Position numbers and translations under genes: made by a program
The notes under the pieces: model-generated
What the model was told of the DNA's origin: nothing
The model's input: only the letters and a program-made list of their open reading frames with translations
The model's database searches: none
In this document: in pieces, positions 36,201 to 44,476 of the stretch
How positions within the stretch are numbered: position 1 is the stretch's first letter
How the letters are laid out: each line of letters starts with the position of its first letter
NCBI GenBank assembly: GCA_965203805.1
Contig: OZ241917.1
Span: 2,805,718-2,869,717, forward strand
Length of the DNA: 64,000 bases
Direction: 5' to 3'
Source of the DNA: Candidatus Latescibacterota bacterium
Lineage (GTDB): Bacteria > Latescibacterota > UBA2968 > GCA-2709665

Positions 36201-36641
36201 CCCTTTCTTGACGCCGCATGTGACGCGGCCCTGGACCTGATCGAACCATTCGCCGTGCTGGCGATCCTGCTGGTCTGGAAGGCCGGGGTGAAACGAGCAT
36301 GGTTGATTGTGGCGGGATTCGCGATCGCCATATTGTCCTCCGACGCGATCGAACCCGCCGAGAGCTTCTATCACTTTTCCGTCCTGGCCGGCCTGGCGCT
36401 CGTCAAACTGGGCGTGCTGGTTTTCCTTATTGCCTGGCTGGTCCGGTTCAATCTGATGGCCTATCTCGTCGCCGTCTGGTCCGCCACGCTCATCCCCGGC
36501 CCTGGAATCGGGTTCATTCAACGGACAACGGACACCGTCTACCAGTGGAATGGCATCGCGATGGTCGTGCTCGGCCTGGCGCCGCTGCTCTTCCTGATGG
36601 CTGCGTATCTGCGCGAGCGACGGGAACGCATCGCACGATGA
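33231..36641 (+). CDS. giant polytopic membrane protein with a CPBP (CAAX/Abi) intramembrane protease module; internally duplicated
   Basis: CPBP motifs AAVEEFFFRLL and AFLHSNYP. Two homologous ectodomains, (..WSWSVRWFRPLQKEELRVGLDPGGRIVG..) and (..WYWHVRWFKPMEKEEIQVRVDASGRVAG..), are each followed by a multi-TM block. Confidence 0.8.
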   Translation: MDRRDAMWLLVFVVLGVGGLAVFLNFYNEAIPSASLDFKLSRDEVHQKAQGYLESLGYDLADYESAQIFSSSQMQQIFLEQTLGLEETNRLAREWLSVWSWSVRWFRPLQKEELRVGLDPGGRIVGFSHRILESDEGAGIAQDDALAIASDFLRNTQGYDLGAYELIDRSSTERKARVDHRFAFRKKDFTVGDDGHYRLDVVVHGDRVGRFSEYLKVPDSFSRSYREVRSRANLLTQVFLPFWLALGVAMLVILVKNYRRKRLRWQAGLVVGTLVAIAWLAANVNALPLALYNFDTTVTYGAFLVTLLFSAVLIAAVYGGIVCLAGTAGGVLERDVLSVGRVSPLGRLSLRGIFSAGFLRSTVVGYGAAGAVLGYVAVFYLLGGRYFDVWVPADVSEYNNAFSTAIPWIYPLLVGLSAAAVEEFFFRLLAIPLLIRWLKRPWLAVLLPAVVWAFLHSNYPHEPIYVRGIEITVIGIVFGMLFLRFGIWAPIIAHYAINAFIVALPMVKSSSLYFQVSGVLVIGILLVPAIPAAFAVLTGSSRTEEVEDVADEEAPDEPVEFEEPAPEPERASVTQRDPEAYLPDRQRWIVTGVCIVAGIALMIGFHVDRFGSRTLKLEVTRSQATGVAEAFCTELGLDVSEYRRSVQFRSGVGASHNTHLIRNAGVARADTLMAENTTPWYWHVRWFKPMEKEEIQVRVDASGRVAGINHIIPETRAGPELETEAARAKAEAFVVEKFERPVTDSTQYKLLEARSEKEKERMDHHFVWERIDRKIEDGEFRVNARVQGDEVGFFSTRYKAPEAFLRSLRERGAGRALASIVPVLLVLATLILAGVYFFRYYRASEIRWKLPIGIGIAVVFLTLLNWINSLPTFFHGYDTSQAMMTYLGIQGVGLLIGTPMMGLATAALFALMTAMMGSLYPEEMGAGRWLGLLRMRDGSVRFWSGTLVLAAAFLLLWKGTESIAMYVKYNGLTEYLEAGGFNLPRINTYLPFLDAACDAALDLIEPFAVLAILLVWKAGVKRAWLIVAGFAIAILSSDAIEPAESFYHFSVLAGLALVKLGVLVFLIAWLVRFNLMAYLVAVWSATLIPGPGIGFIQRTTDTVYQWNGIAMVVLGLAPLLFLMAAYLRERRERIAR

Positions 36642-37295
36642 TCACTCGGATTCCAGAACACCGGGATCCATTTCATGCCAGAACACGTCACCGGATTCGA
36701 TGACATTCCGAATGCGGTGGTCTCGATATAAGCCGGCTACTGCCGCGTGGGCGCGTCGCTGAGTAAACCTCGTCAGGAATCCGGCGTTGCGAATGGCCCT
36801 GGTGGTGTCCCTGCCGTTGACCGTGAATGAAATCTCCACGGCGACGTAGCAGGTTGCTTCTGCGCGGTCTATGGCTTCCATAACCAGATCCGCCCTTCGG
36901 AAACTCCTCAGTTCGTCTGTGGCAATATCCGATGTGTCGGCGGCGTCGACAAGGTCCCAGAGTTCTTCCTGAGAGAGTGTCTTCAATCGCCGCAAACCCA
37001 TCTCCCTGGCAATGAGAGCGGCATCTTCGAGGGCGGCATTTCTGGCGAGGATGCCTTTGATCTGCCCCACGTCCGCCTCAAGTCTGTTGAACCGCTTGTC
37101 AATTTGCGCTTCGAGGGTATCGAATCGTCTGTTCGCGACTTCGGTGAATCTGTTCAATTCGGCGACGAACTGCGTGAACCGTTCGGGCAGTTCAATCAGT
37201 TCACGCGAGAGTAGCCGTGCGCGCATGGCGTCGGCCCATTCGGGCTTTTCGTCCAGCAATTGTATCAGGTCTTCTATGGTATTAATGGTATTCAT
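36642..37295 (-). CDS. hypothetical protein: N-terminal coiled coil plus a C-terminal alpha/beta domain (possibly restriction-endonuclease-like fold)
   Basis: 217-aa ORF. Its stop codon directly abuts the stop of the convergent CPBP gene (TGATCA at 36639-36644). I am confident of no diagnostic motif. Confidence 0.55.
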   Translation of the reverse strand: MNTINTIEDLIQLLDEKPEWADAMRARLLSRELIELPERFTQFVAELNRFTEVANRRFDTLEAQIDKRFNRLEADVGQIKGILARNAALEDAALIAREMGLRRLKTLSQEELWDLVDAADTSDIATDELRSFRRADLVMEAIDRAEATCYVAVEISFTVNGRDTTRAIRNAGFLTRFTQRRAHAAVAGLYRDHRIRNVIESGDVFWHEMDPGVLESE

Positions 37296-37927
37296 ACAAT
37301 TTACCGGCTAATAGAGAGTTGCTGAATTAACCTGAATTATCAATGAAAACCGGTGGATTTGCTATATAATCGGTTGATTCTCAAAGGCACTGGCGGAGAA
37401 TATAACGAAAACCTTGCAGCGTCCGGAATCCGGTTGGCCGGCTAACGTTGGGGTTCCACGACGGACGGATTTTTCATTCGCGTGTTTTGTAGTTTCCAAC
37501 CTTGATTCGTCATTATTCGGGGACGTTAATTCGAATATGTGAAAGTGAATAAGGGTGATTTAACTGCTGATTTCTATGATCCTTCAGGTCACCGGACGTG
37601 AACGGAAAAAATGTCCTTCCGGACGACCTTTTCGGCCCAATTCGAAAGGTGTTGTCGCGACGCCGCGTTGCTGATTTTGTCGCATTAAGGCTAATAGGGA
37701 ATATGGAGCATTCTTCCACCTATTTGGCTTAATCCTGTCCCTCCATGTAAGTTCCGTCTTAGTGAATTAATGGGGATACGTGAATGACCTTTCGAATGAG
37801 ATGCGCCGTGTCAATTTCGAATATATCCTTCTTGGCTGCTCAAGTCAAATCGTCACGCCTTTCGCCTATTACTTTCTATGTCTCAAGTGGCCTTTCAAAA
37901 AAGCCCACTGCCAGATAGAACCGTTCG

Positions 37928-38968
37928 TCATTCTGGCGAACGCCGGAACGCGCTACCCTGAATCTCCAGAATTTCCCGCCAGCATTCCTCCGAAACCGGG
38001 ATACCCAGCTTCATATTCTCCTCCCGTGTCCTGAACATGCGCTCGCCTGGATAGGTCGCCGGTTCGTTGCCTTCGAGGGGCTCGGCGGCGTGAAAGTCGG
38101 CGAGCGTCTGGTCCACGAGTTCCCGCATCCGGTCTCCCGCGAACGCATCGGCATGGATGGCAATGAACACCTGGGACACACCGTATTCGGATTCCTCCTG
38201 GGCGATCTGGAAAGTCGAACGGCCGCCTGAAAGCAGTGATGCGACCAGGTCCAGCGACATCGCGAGTCCGATGCCCTTCCAGTGGCCGATGGGGAGCGGA
38301 CGCCGTGCGGCCTGGATGGCGCCGGCGTCGAACGAGAGTTCTCCTTTGTCGTCGTAGCCGCCTGGGACCGGAAGGCGCCGGTTTGCGATGCGGTAACCGC
38401 CAAGCTTCCCGTGAGAGTATTGGCTCATCGCCATGTCGAGAAGAAAATGCCGGCCTTCCGGGCGGGGTATGGAAAAAACCAGGGGATTGTTTCCCACCTT
38501 GCGGTCAGCGGAACCGAACGGCGGGATCAGCTGGGTGGTATTCGTCCAGCAGATGCCGATGCACCCCGCGTCCGCCGCCCGCAATCCATACGTACCCGCC
38601 CGCATCCAGTGGTTGGTGTTTCTGAGGGCCACACAGCCCATTCCCTGGTCTTTCGCGACTTCAACAGCGCGGTCCATGCTCGCGCAGGCGTTGAGGATAC
38701 CGGGTCCCAGTTTTCCGTCCCACTGCTCCAGCACCCCGAACGCGGCCGCTTTTTCGGGCTCGGCGTGCAGATCCATGCCTTCGCCTGAACGGGCGTGCCT
38801 GACAAACGGCAGGAACCGGTTGACCCCGTGGGAATAGACGCCGTCGCGCGTGGTTTCGGTAAAAATCCCCGCCAGGCGATCGGCGCGTTCGTTCGTGAAG
38901 CCTGTTTTGAGCAGGGCGCGGTTCAGTTCCGCCGCCATGGTGTCGAAGTGGATGCGGCGCATTTCCAT
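37928..38968 (-). CDS. Ldh_2-family oxidoreductase (malate/L-lactate/3-dehydro-L-gulonate dehydrogenase-like)
   Basis: YSHGVNRF, RNTNHWMRAGTY and VGNNPLVFSIP motifs. ATG 38968 lies 7 nt after the upstream stop. The longer ORF reaches 39004. Confidence 0.8.
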   Translation of the reverse strand: MEMRRIHFDTMAAELNRALLKTGFTNERADRLAGIFTETTRDGVYSHGVNRFLPFVRHARSGEGMDLHAEPEKAAAFGVLEQWDGKLGPGILNACASMDRAVEVAKDQGMGCVALRNTNHWMRAGTYGLRAADAGCIGICWTNTTQLIPPFGSADRKVGNNPLVFSIPRPEGRHFLLDMAMSQYSHGKLGGYRIANRRLPVPGGYDDKGELSFDAGAIQAARRPLPIGHWKGIGLAMSLDLVASLLSGGRSTFQIAQEESEYGVSQVFIAIHADAFAGDRMRELVDQTLADFHAAEPLEGNEPATYPGERMFRTREENMKLGIPVSEECWREILEIQGSAFRRSPE

Positions 38969-38975
38969 CGTTTCT

Positions 38976-39383
38976 CTAATCCCTCTCGGTGTACCCCAGG
39001 ACAACCAGCAGACATGGACCTCCCGAGATCACGCCGATGCCCGCTCGTTCAGCCTTGGCGACGGCAGCCTCGCTCTCGGCGCCGGGTTGCAGCCAGATGT
39101 ATTCAACGCCGGCGTCTGCGGCGTCCGAAACGATCTCCTCCGTAACTTCCGGCGGTGTGATCACGGATATACGCGCCACGGGTTCTGGAAGCGCGGCGAG
39201 ATCGGGATACGCTCTCCGGCCTTCGATTTCCGCGGAGCCCGGATTGACCGGATACGCCTTCAGGTTGTGCTGGAGATAGCATCTCAGGACCTTGTTGCCG
39301 TACTTGGCGCGGTCCTTCGACGCGCCGACGACGGCATAGGGTCCGGCCTCCAGGAATGCATCGATCTTTTCGTCGAGTGTCAC
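38976..39383 (-). CDS. CoA-binding domain protein (YccU/YneT-like)
   Basis: YAVVGASKDRAKYGNKV..., ...VITPPEV... and ...YIWLQPGAES... follow the CoA_binding_2 pattern. Confidence 0.8.
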   Translation of the reverse strand: MTLDEKIDAFLEAGPYAVVGASKDRAKYGNKVLRCYLQHNLKAYPVNPGSAEIEGRRAYPDLAALPEPVARISVITPPEVTEEIVSDAADAGVEYIWLQPGAESEAAVAKAERAGIGVISGGPCLLVVLGYTERD

Positions 39384-39418
39384 GCTTGTTCCTCCGGGTG
39401 GCGCGGACTTATGGAAGA

Positions 39419-39871
39419 TTACAGATCTTCATATCTTGGCAGACTGGGCAGGAACCGGTAGCTGCGTTCCTTGCGGTCAAGTGTGTAACAGTAGTGCGTG
39501 ATTCCATTGGTCACAATCAGGTAGTCGGTTCCCACGGAGGTGTTGTAGCGGGCGATCTGATCGAACGCTTCCTGTTTGATCTTCACGTCGGGCGCCTTGC
39601 ATTCGGCCATGAGAACGGGTTCTCCACTCCTGTTATAGACGATAACGTCGGCGCGATGCTGGACGCCCTTATGCGAAAAGCCCGACTCGACGGCGGTACG
39701 GCCCGCCGGAAATCCCCTGTCTTGAACGAGGTGCTGTACCAGGTTCTGGCGGACCCATTCTTCGGGCGTGAGGCGCACATGTTTTCGTCGAAGCGGATCG
39801 AAAATCGTACTTCTCTCGCCGCTGGCGCGAATGTCAAATTCGTACTGACGTGGAAAGTTGAGAGGTTGCAT
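39419..39871 (-). CDS. stand-alone type I restriction enzyme HsdR N-terminal-domain (PD-(D/E)xK-like) protein
   Basis: The 150-aa core is ..LTPEEWVRQNLVQHL....RADVIVYN..GEPVLMAECKAP.. The ATG at 39869-39871 (MQPLNF) lies just downstream of the E2 gene stop at 39948. The 310-aa track ORF overlaps the E2 gene and is rejected. Confidence 0.75.
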   Translation of the reverse strand: MQPLNFPRQYEFDIRASGERSTIFDPLRRKHVRLTPEEWVRQNLVQHLVQDRGFPAGRTAVESGFSHKGVQHRADVIVYNRSGEPVLMAECKAPDVKIKQEAFDQIARYNTSVGTDYLIVTNGITHYCYTLDRKERSYRFLPSLPRYEDL

Positions 39872-39947
39872 AGGTATCGGTTGCGAGGCGTACAGCCCCG
39901 GCGGTGGAAGCCTTTCGCACTGCCGCCCGGAACGCCGCTGTCCGCCG

Positions 39948-41108
39948 TCAGCGGGCATGCCAGAGTTCGGGGCGTTCGACGTGGCGGCGGATGGTGTCCA
40001 GGAACCGGGCGGCCGGACCTCCGTCCACGACGCGGTGGTCGAAGGTGAGGCTGAGGGCGACCATGTCGCGAGGCACGATGCGTCCCTGGTATACGGCCGG
40101 TTTCGCGACAATGCGGCCCACCCCCAGAATGGCGCATTGCGGCAGATTGATGATCGGCGTAAACGCGTCGATTCCGTACGCGCCCAAGTTCGTAACCGTA
40201 AACGTACCGCCCTGCAGTTGTTCCGGGCCCAGGTCCCCCTGCCTTGCCTTCTGAACAAGGTCCGAGGTTTCGCGGGCGAGATCGGGCAGGTCTCTGGCGC
40301 GGGCGTGCGTGATGACGGGAACGAGAAGGCCGGCGTGGGTATCCACGGCAATGCCGATGTGTATCTCCTCGTGCCTGCGGACGGACCCGTCCTGCCAGGA
40401 GGCGTTCAGGTCGGGATGGTCGGCGAGCGCGAGGGCGGTCACTCTTACGAAGAGATCGTTGTACGTCAGCAAGGGGATGTCGAGTTCCGCGCGCAAAGCA
40501 ACAAAGTCCGTCGCATCGGCTTCGGTGGCAAGCGTCACGGGCGCCGTTCCAGTGTGACTCTCGGTCAGCCGCCGCGCGATGGTCCGTCGCACGGTTCCTT
40601 CGGTTCCTTTTCCGGACTGCACCGGGACCGCGGCCCGGACGTCGCGCTCAACGATACGGCCGTTTCGACCGCTTCCCTGGATCGTACTCCAGTCGACATC
40701 CAGTTCCTCTGCCAGGCGGAGCGCCCTCGGGCTGATCGCGGACCGTCTGTTTCTGCCTCGCGGTCGATCTTTGCGAGTCCGCGAGCCGGCGGGATCTCGC
40801 GGCCCGGCTTCTATTTCCTGTCCGACCGCCGGCGTCGCGTGCGCCTCCTCGGGCGGCGCTTCGCCTGGACCGAGCAGGTAGCCCAGTATGGCGCCGATCG
40901 GCAACGTGTCTCCGGGTTGCGGCGCGTCGGGCGGAATATACAGGGTTCCGCTGTCGAAGGACTCGATTTCGTTTATCGCTTTGTCGCTCTCAACGGTGAA
41001 GATGATGTCTCCCGACTCGATCCGATCCCCGTTCTGCTTGAGCCACTCGACCAGGGTGCCTTCCTCCATGGTCCATCCCAGGCGCGGCATGACGATTTCT
41101 ATGGGCAT
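39948..41108 (-). CDS. 2-oxoacid dehydrogenase complex E2 (dihydrolipoamide acyltransferase)
   Basis: Lipoyl motif VESDKA, E3-binding domain (PRALRLAEELDVDWSTIQGSGRNGRI) and catalytic SLTFDHRVVDGG. Confidence 0.9.
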   Translation of the reverse strand: MPIEIVMPRLGWTMEEGTLVEWLKQNGDRIESGDIIFTVESDKAINEIESFDSGTLYIPPDAPQPGDTLPIGAILGYLLGPGEAPPEEAHATPAVGQEIEAGPRDPAGSRTRKDRPRGRNRRSAISPRALRLAEELDVDWSTIQGSGRNGRIVERDVRAAVPVQSGKGTEGTVRRTIARRLTESHTGTAPVTLATEADATDFVALRAELDIPLLTYNDLFVRVTALALADHPDLNASWQDGSVRRHEEIHIGIAVDTHAGLLVPVITHARARDLPDLARETSDLVQKARQGDLGPEQLQGGTFTVTNLGAYGIDAFTPIINLPQCAILGVGRIVAKPAVYQGRIVPRDMVALSLTFDHRVVDGGPAARFLDTIRRHVERPELWHAR

Positions 41109-41136
41109 GGAGATTTTCCTTCAGAAGCGTCCGCGA

Positions 41137-42114
41137 CTATTCTTCCATCAGGTCGCGGATGGCCTGCGAAACCGTCTCCGGTTGGGGCAGGCAGGCAGCC
41201 TCCAGAGGGGCGCTGTACGGGGTGGGGACATGGGCGCCGTTGAGGCGGCTTACCGGTGCGTCCAGGTCGTCGAACGCCATGCTCTGAACCTGTGCGGCGA
41301 TTTCGGCGCCGATGCCGCATGGGCCGAAGGCTTCGTCCACGATGAGCAGACGCCCCGTCTTGTGTACGGATTCCTGAATGGTATCCATATCCAGCGGCGC
41401 CACGGTGCGCGGGTCGATCAATTCAACCGAGATGCCCTCGGCGGCGAGCCGGTCGCAGAGTCTCCAGGTTATCGGAACCATATTGGCGAGTGCGACAACG
41501 GTGATGTCATCGCCCTCGCGGCGGACCTCGGCGCGTCCGAAGGGGATGGCGTACGGCGTTTCGGGCACCGGGCCTCGATGGTTGAGGATGGATTTGTGTT
41601 CGAGGAAGAGTACGGGATCATCGCCTTCCAGGGCAGTCTTGAAAAGGCCCTTGGCGTCGTACGGCGTGGCAGGCAGGGCCACGCGGAAACCCGGCAGGTG
41701 TGCGAAAACGGGATAGTAGTTTCCCGAGTGGTGGGTGGCGGCGGCGCCTCCGATACCCACGCAACCCCGCAGGACAACGGGCATGGACAGGCGGCCGCTG
41801 CTCATGTACTGCATCTTGGCAACCTGGTTGACCATCTCGCCGAAGCCGTCCAGGATGAAGTCAATGAACATGAAGTCCACCACGGGCCGCGCGCCGGCCA
41901 TGGCTGCGCCCGTGCAGAGTCCGATAAAGCCCCGCTCGCAAATCGGGGTATCGCACACCCGCATGGGACCGTAGCGTTCGTAAAGTCCGGTGGTGGTGTT
42001 GAAGTTGCCGCCGCGTTCGCCCACGCCTTCGCCCACAACGAAGATGGTCGGGTCCGCCGCCATGGCATCGGACAGGGCTTCGCGCGCGGCTTCCGTGAAC
42101 GTGATCTCACGCAT
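41137..42114 (-). CDS. 2-oxoacid (pyruvate/acetoin-type) dehydrogenase E1 beta subunit
   Basis: MREITFTEA.., ..VCDTPICE.. and a transketolase-like C-terminal domain. ATG 42114 lies 4 nt after the E1alpha stop. Confidence 0.9.
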   Translation of the reverse strand: MREITFTEAAREALSDAMAADPTIFVVGEGVGERGGNFNTTTGLYERYGPMRVCDTPICERGFIGLCTGAAMAGARPVVDFMFIDFILDGFGEMVNQVAKMQYMSSGRLSMPVVLRGCVGIGGAAATHHSGNYYPVFAHLPGFRVALPATPYDAKGLFKTALEGDDPVLFLEHKSILNHRGPVPETPYAIPFGRAEVRREGDDITVVALANMVPITWRLCDRLAAEGISVELIDPRTVAPLDMDTIQESVHKTGRLLIVDEAFGPCGIGAEIAAQVQSMAFDDLDAPVSRLNGAHVPTPYSAPLEAACLPQPETVSQAIRDLMEE

Positions 42115-43096
42115 GGTCCGCTCCCGTTCCACCGAAGACGTGGTCCGTTACCGTGGCGGGGTCCGGCCACGGGCTCTTCCCGGCGAACTCGACGCCCTCT
42201 TCAACCGCGGACCGGACCTCGCTTTCGATCCCTTCGAGCGCCTCCCGGTCGGCGATACCTCCCTCAATCAGTTTTCCTGCCAGCAACGCGATCGGGTCTC
42301 TCTCTCTCCACGCGTCCACTTCGTCCCGCGTGCGGTAGCCGGTATCCCGCATGCCTTCAGCGTGGGGGCGGGTGCGATAGGTCTTGCAGTCCAGCAGCGT
42401 AGGGCCGCCGCCTTCCCGTGCGCGAAGGACGGCGTCGCCGGCTTTTTCATAGACGTCGAGGACGTCGTTTCCGTCAACCTGAACGCCGGTGACGCCGTAG
42501 CCTTCCGCGCGCTCGGCGATATTCGTATTTCGGGTGGCGTACTCGAAGGCGACTTCGGTGGCGTACCGGTTGTCTTCGAGGACGAAGAGCACGGGTAGCT
42601 GCCAGATGGCGGCCATGTTCAGGCCTTCGTGAAAGGCGCCGTTGTTGACGCCTCCGTCCCCGAAAAAAGCCACGCTGACGCGATCGGTTTCGAGCATCCT
42701 GAACGTATACGCTGCGCCGGCGGCCTGGAGGATGCTGGGGCCCACGATGCCGCTTGTGCCCATCAGCCCGATTTCCGGCGAGAACAGGTGCATGCTGCCG
42801 CCTCGCCCGCGGGCGCACCCCGTGGACTTGCCGTAGAGTTCGGCGATGAGTTCGCGTATGGGAACGCCCTTGGCGAGCGCGTGGCCGTGGCCCCGATGGG
42901 TGCTGAAGATGGTGTCATCGGTGCGCAGGTGGGCGCATACGCCCGCCGCGATGGCCTCCTCGCCCACGTACGTGTGGCAGGCTCCCGGAATGAGTCCGGC
43001 CTGGTACGACCTGGCAATCTGCTCCTCGGTACGTCGGATCGTGAGCATCTGCCGGTGAAGAGAAAGGAGTCGCTCGGTACTGAGGTCGCCTGGCAT
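42107..43096 (-). CDS. 2-oxoacid dehydrogenase E1 alpha subunit (TPP-dependent)
   Basis: TPP-binding FFGDGGVNNGAFHEGLNMA and HRGHGH motifs. Confidence 0.9.
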   Translation of the reverse strand: MPGDLSTERLLSLHRQMLTIRRTEEQIARSYQAGLIPGACHTYVGEEAIAAGVCAHLRTDDTIFSTHRGHGHALAKGVPIRELIAELYGKSTGCARGRGGSMHLFSPEIGLMGTSGIVGPSILQAAGAAYTFRMLETDRVSVAFFGDGGVNNGAFHEGLNMAAIWQLPVLFVLEDNRYATEVAFEYATRNTNIAERAEGYGVTGVQVDGNDVLDVYEKAGDAVLRAREGGGPTLLDCKTYRTRPHAEGMRDTGYRTRDEVDAWRERDPIALLAGKLIEGGIADREALEGIESEVRSAVEEGVEFAGKSPWPDPATVTDHVFGGTGADHA

Positions 43097-43141
43097 GAAG
43101 GTCCCCTGCCTTGTAGATGGGGTGACGGGGATGGAACTCCG

Positions 43142-43954
43142 CTATCCGCTGACGATCGGGCCGCCGGGATAGGTGCCTCCCGCGTTCATCGCGAGGTTTC
43201 CGCCGTCCATGGGCAACATCACGCCGGTGACCCAGGCCGACGCGTCGGATGCCAGGAAGATAGCCACGCCCACGATATCCTCCGGCTCGCCGAACCGGCC
43301 GGACGGAATGCCGCCCAGCCACGTGTCGGCCATGCGTGGTTCGGCCCGCAGGCGTTTTTCCAGGAACGGGTTCATGACCTGGGCGGGCAGAATGGCGTTC
43401 ACGCGCACGCCGCGGCTGCTCCATTCCGTGCTGAGTTCCCGGGTCATCTGCGCGACGGCGCCCATGCCGATGCTGTAAGCGACGTGGCCCCGCCCGATCG
43501 CGGTCAGGCTCGCCAATGAGCCGATGTTGATAATGCTGCCCTTGCCCGCGGCGAGCATGCGTCTGCCCCCCTCCTGGCAGCTGCAGAATCGCGCGATGAC
43601 GAGAGACTGCATGCTCTCTTGAAGCTGATCCAGGGTGAGATCCTCCGGTTTGCCCAGCATGGTGGCGCCGGCGACGTTGCCCAGGACGTGGATGCGGCCG
43701 AATTCCCTGTCCAGCCGGGAGAACATCCCGCGGACCTGGTCGACGTCGGAAACGTCGCACCGCACGGGAATGGCGCGCCGGCCCAGCGATTCGATCTCGT
43801 GGGCGGTTTCCTGCGCACCGGGTTCGTTGACGTCGGCCAGCATGAGATCCGCGCCGGATTCCGCGAATCCGATCGCCATCGCCTTGCCCATGCCGGCGGC
43901 CGCGCCCGTTACGATGGCGACGCGGTCGGTGAGATCGAAGATTGGATGCGACAC
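43142..43954 (-). CDS. short-chain dehydrogenase/reductase with an atypical active-site motif
   Basis: TGAAAGMG cofactor motif and NIGS. YSIGM replaces the canonical YxxxK. GTG 43954 is preceded by GGAG. The N-terminal part of the 377-aa track ORF overlaps the RidA gene and is rejected. Confidence 0.8.
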   Translation of the reverse strand: MSHPIFDLTDRVAIVTGAAAGMGKAMAIGFAESGADLMLADVNEPGAQETAHEIESLGRRAIPVRCDVSDVDQVRGMFSRLDREFGRIHVLGNVAGATMLGKPEDLTLDQLQESMQSLVIARFCSCQEGGRRMLAAGKGSIINIGSLASLTAIGRGHVAYSIGMGAVAQMTRELSTEWSSRGVRVNAILPAQVMNPFLEKRLRAEPRMADTWLGGIPSGRFGEPEDIVGVAIFLASDASAWVTGVMLPMDGGNLAMNAGGTYPGGPIVSG

Positions 43955-44012
43955 GGTGGATCTCCGGTTTTTCGCGGCAACACGCCTCCGCTTCCGTCCG
44001 CCCGGGGCGTTG

Positions 44013-44378
44013 CTACGCGCCCAGGTACGCGACGGCGTCGATTTCGACGAGAATGCCCTTATACATGTCACCGGCGCCGACCAGACGCCTGGTGGGCATC
44101 CGGCTCTTGTTGTTGAAATACCGCATATACGTGCGATTGAATTCGTCGCGGTCCGCCATGTCCAGGAGGAACACGTTGACGCGGACGACGTCGTCGAAAG
44201 AGGAGCCTTCGCTTTCCAGCACGCGCACCATGTTGTCCATGGTAAAGACGGTCTGTTCCTCGATGTTTCCGCCAACGACGTCGCCGCCCTCGACCGGGCC
44301 GAAGCCGGACAGAAAGAGCATATCGCCGGCGCGCCGGGACATGGAATAGAAAGGTTCGGGACTTGCTTTTTCGGCCAT
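44013..44378 (-). CDS. RidA/YjgF-family reactive-intermediate deaminase
   Basis: ..LFLSG.., ..FDDVVRVNVFL.D.. and ..R..VGA....ILVEIDAVA pattern. ATG 44378 is preceded by AGGAGA. Confidence 0.85.
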   Translation of the reverse strand: MAEKASPEPFYSMSRRAGDMLFLSGFGPVEGGDVVGGNIEEQTVFTMDNMVRVLESEGSSFDDVVRVNVFLLDMADRDEFNRTYMRYFNNKSRMPTRRLVGAGDMYKGILVEIDAVAYLGA

Positions 44379-44476
44379 TGGTTTATCTCCTGGGTGATTC
44401 GTCTGTTGCCGCAGAGACGTCCGGAGCGGTACTGGAAATTCGTCTGCGCCGGCGTTGCGTTCCGATTGCGGCCCTT

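Noticed and set aside
37513-38034. Short ORFs (68 aa minus strand, 84 aa plus strand) in the AT-rich spacer
   Set aside because: They have no motifs. The 84-aa ORF overlaps the 3' end of the Ldh_2 gene. They are most likely chance ORFs in AT-rich sequence.
39872-40351. N-terminal extension of the 310-aa track ORF (HsdR_N protein)
   Set aside because: The extension overlaps the 3' end of the E2 gene and is Arg/Pro-rich. The conserved domain starts at the internal Met (39871).
39858-42402. 461-aa and 504-aa + strand ORFs (39858-41243 and 40888-42402)
   Set aside because: They are antisense to the E2 and E1beta genes, which have unambiguous motifs.
43955-44275. N-terminal extension of the 377-aa track ORF (SDR)
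   Set aside because: The extension overlaps the RidA gene in another frame. The SDR Rossmann motif begins right after GTG 43954, which has a GGAG Shine-Dalgarno site.
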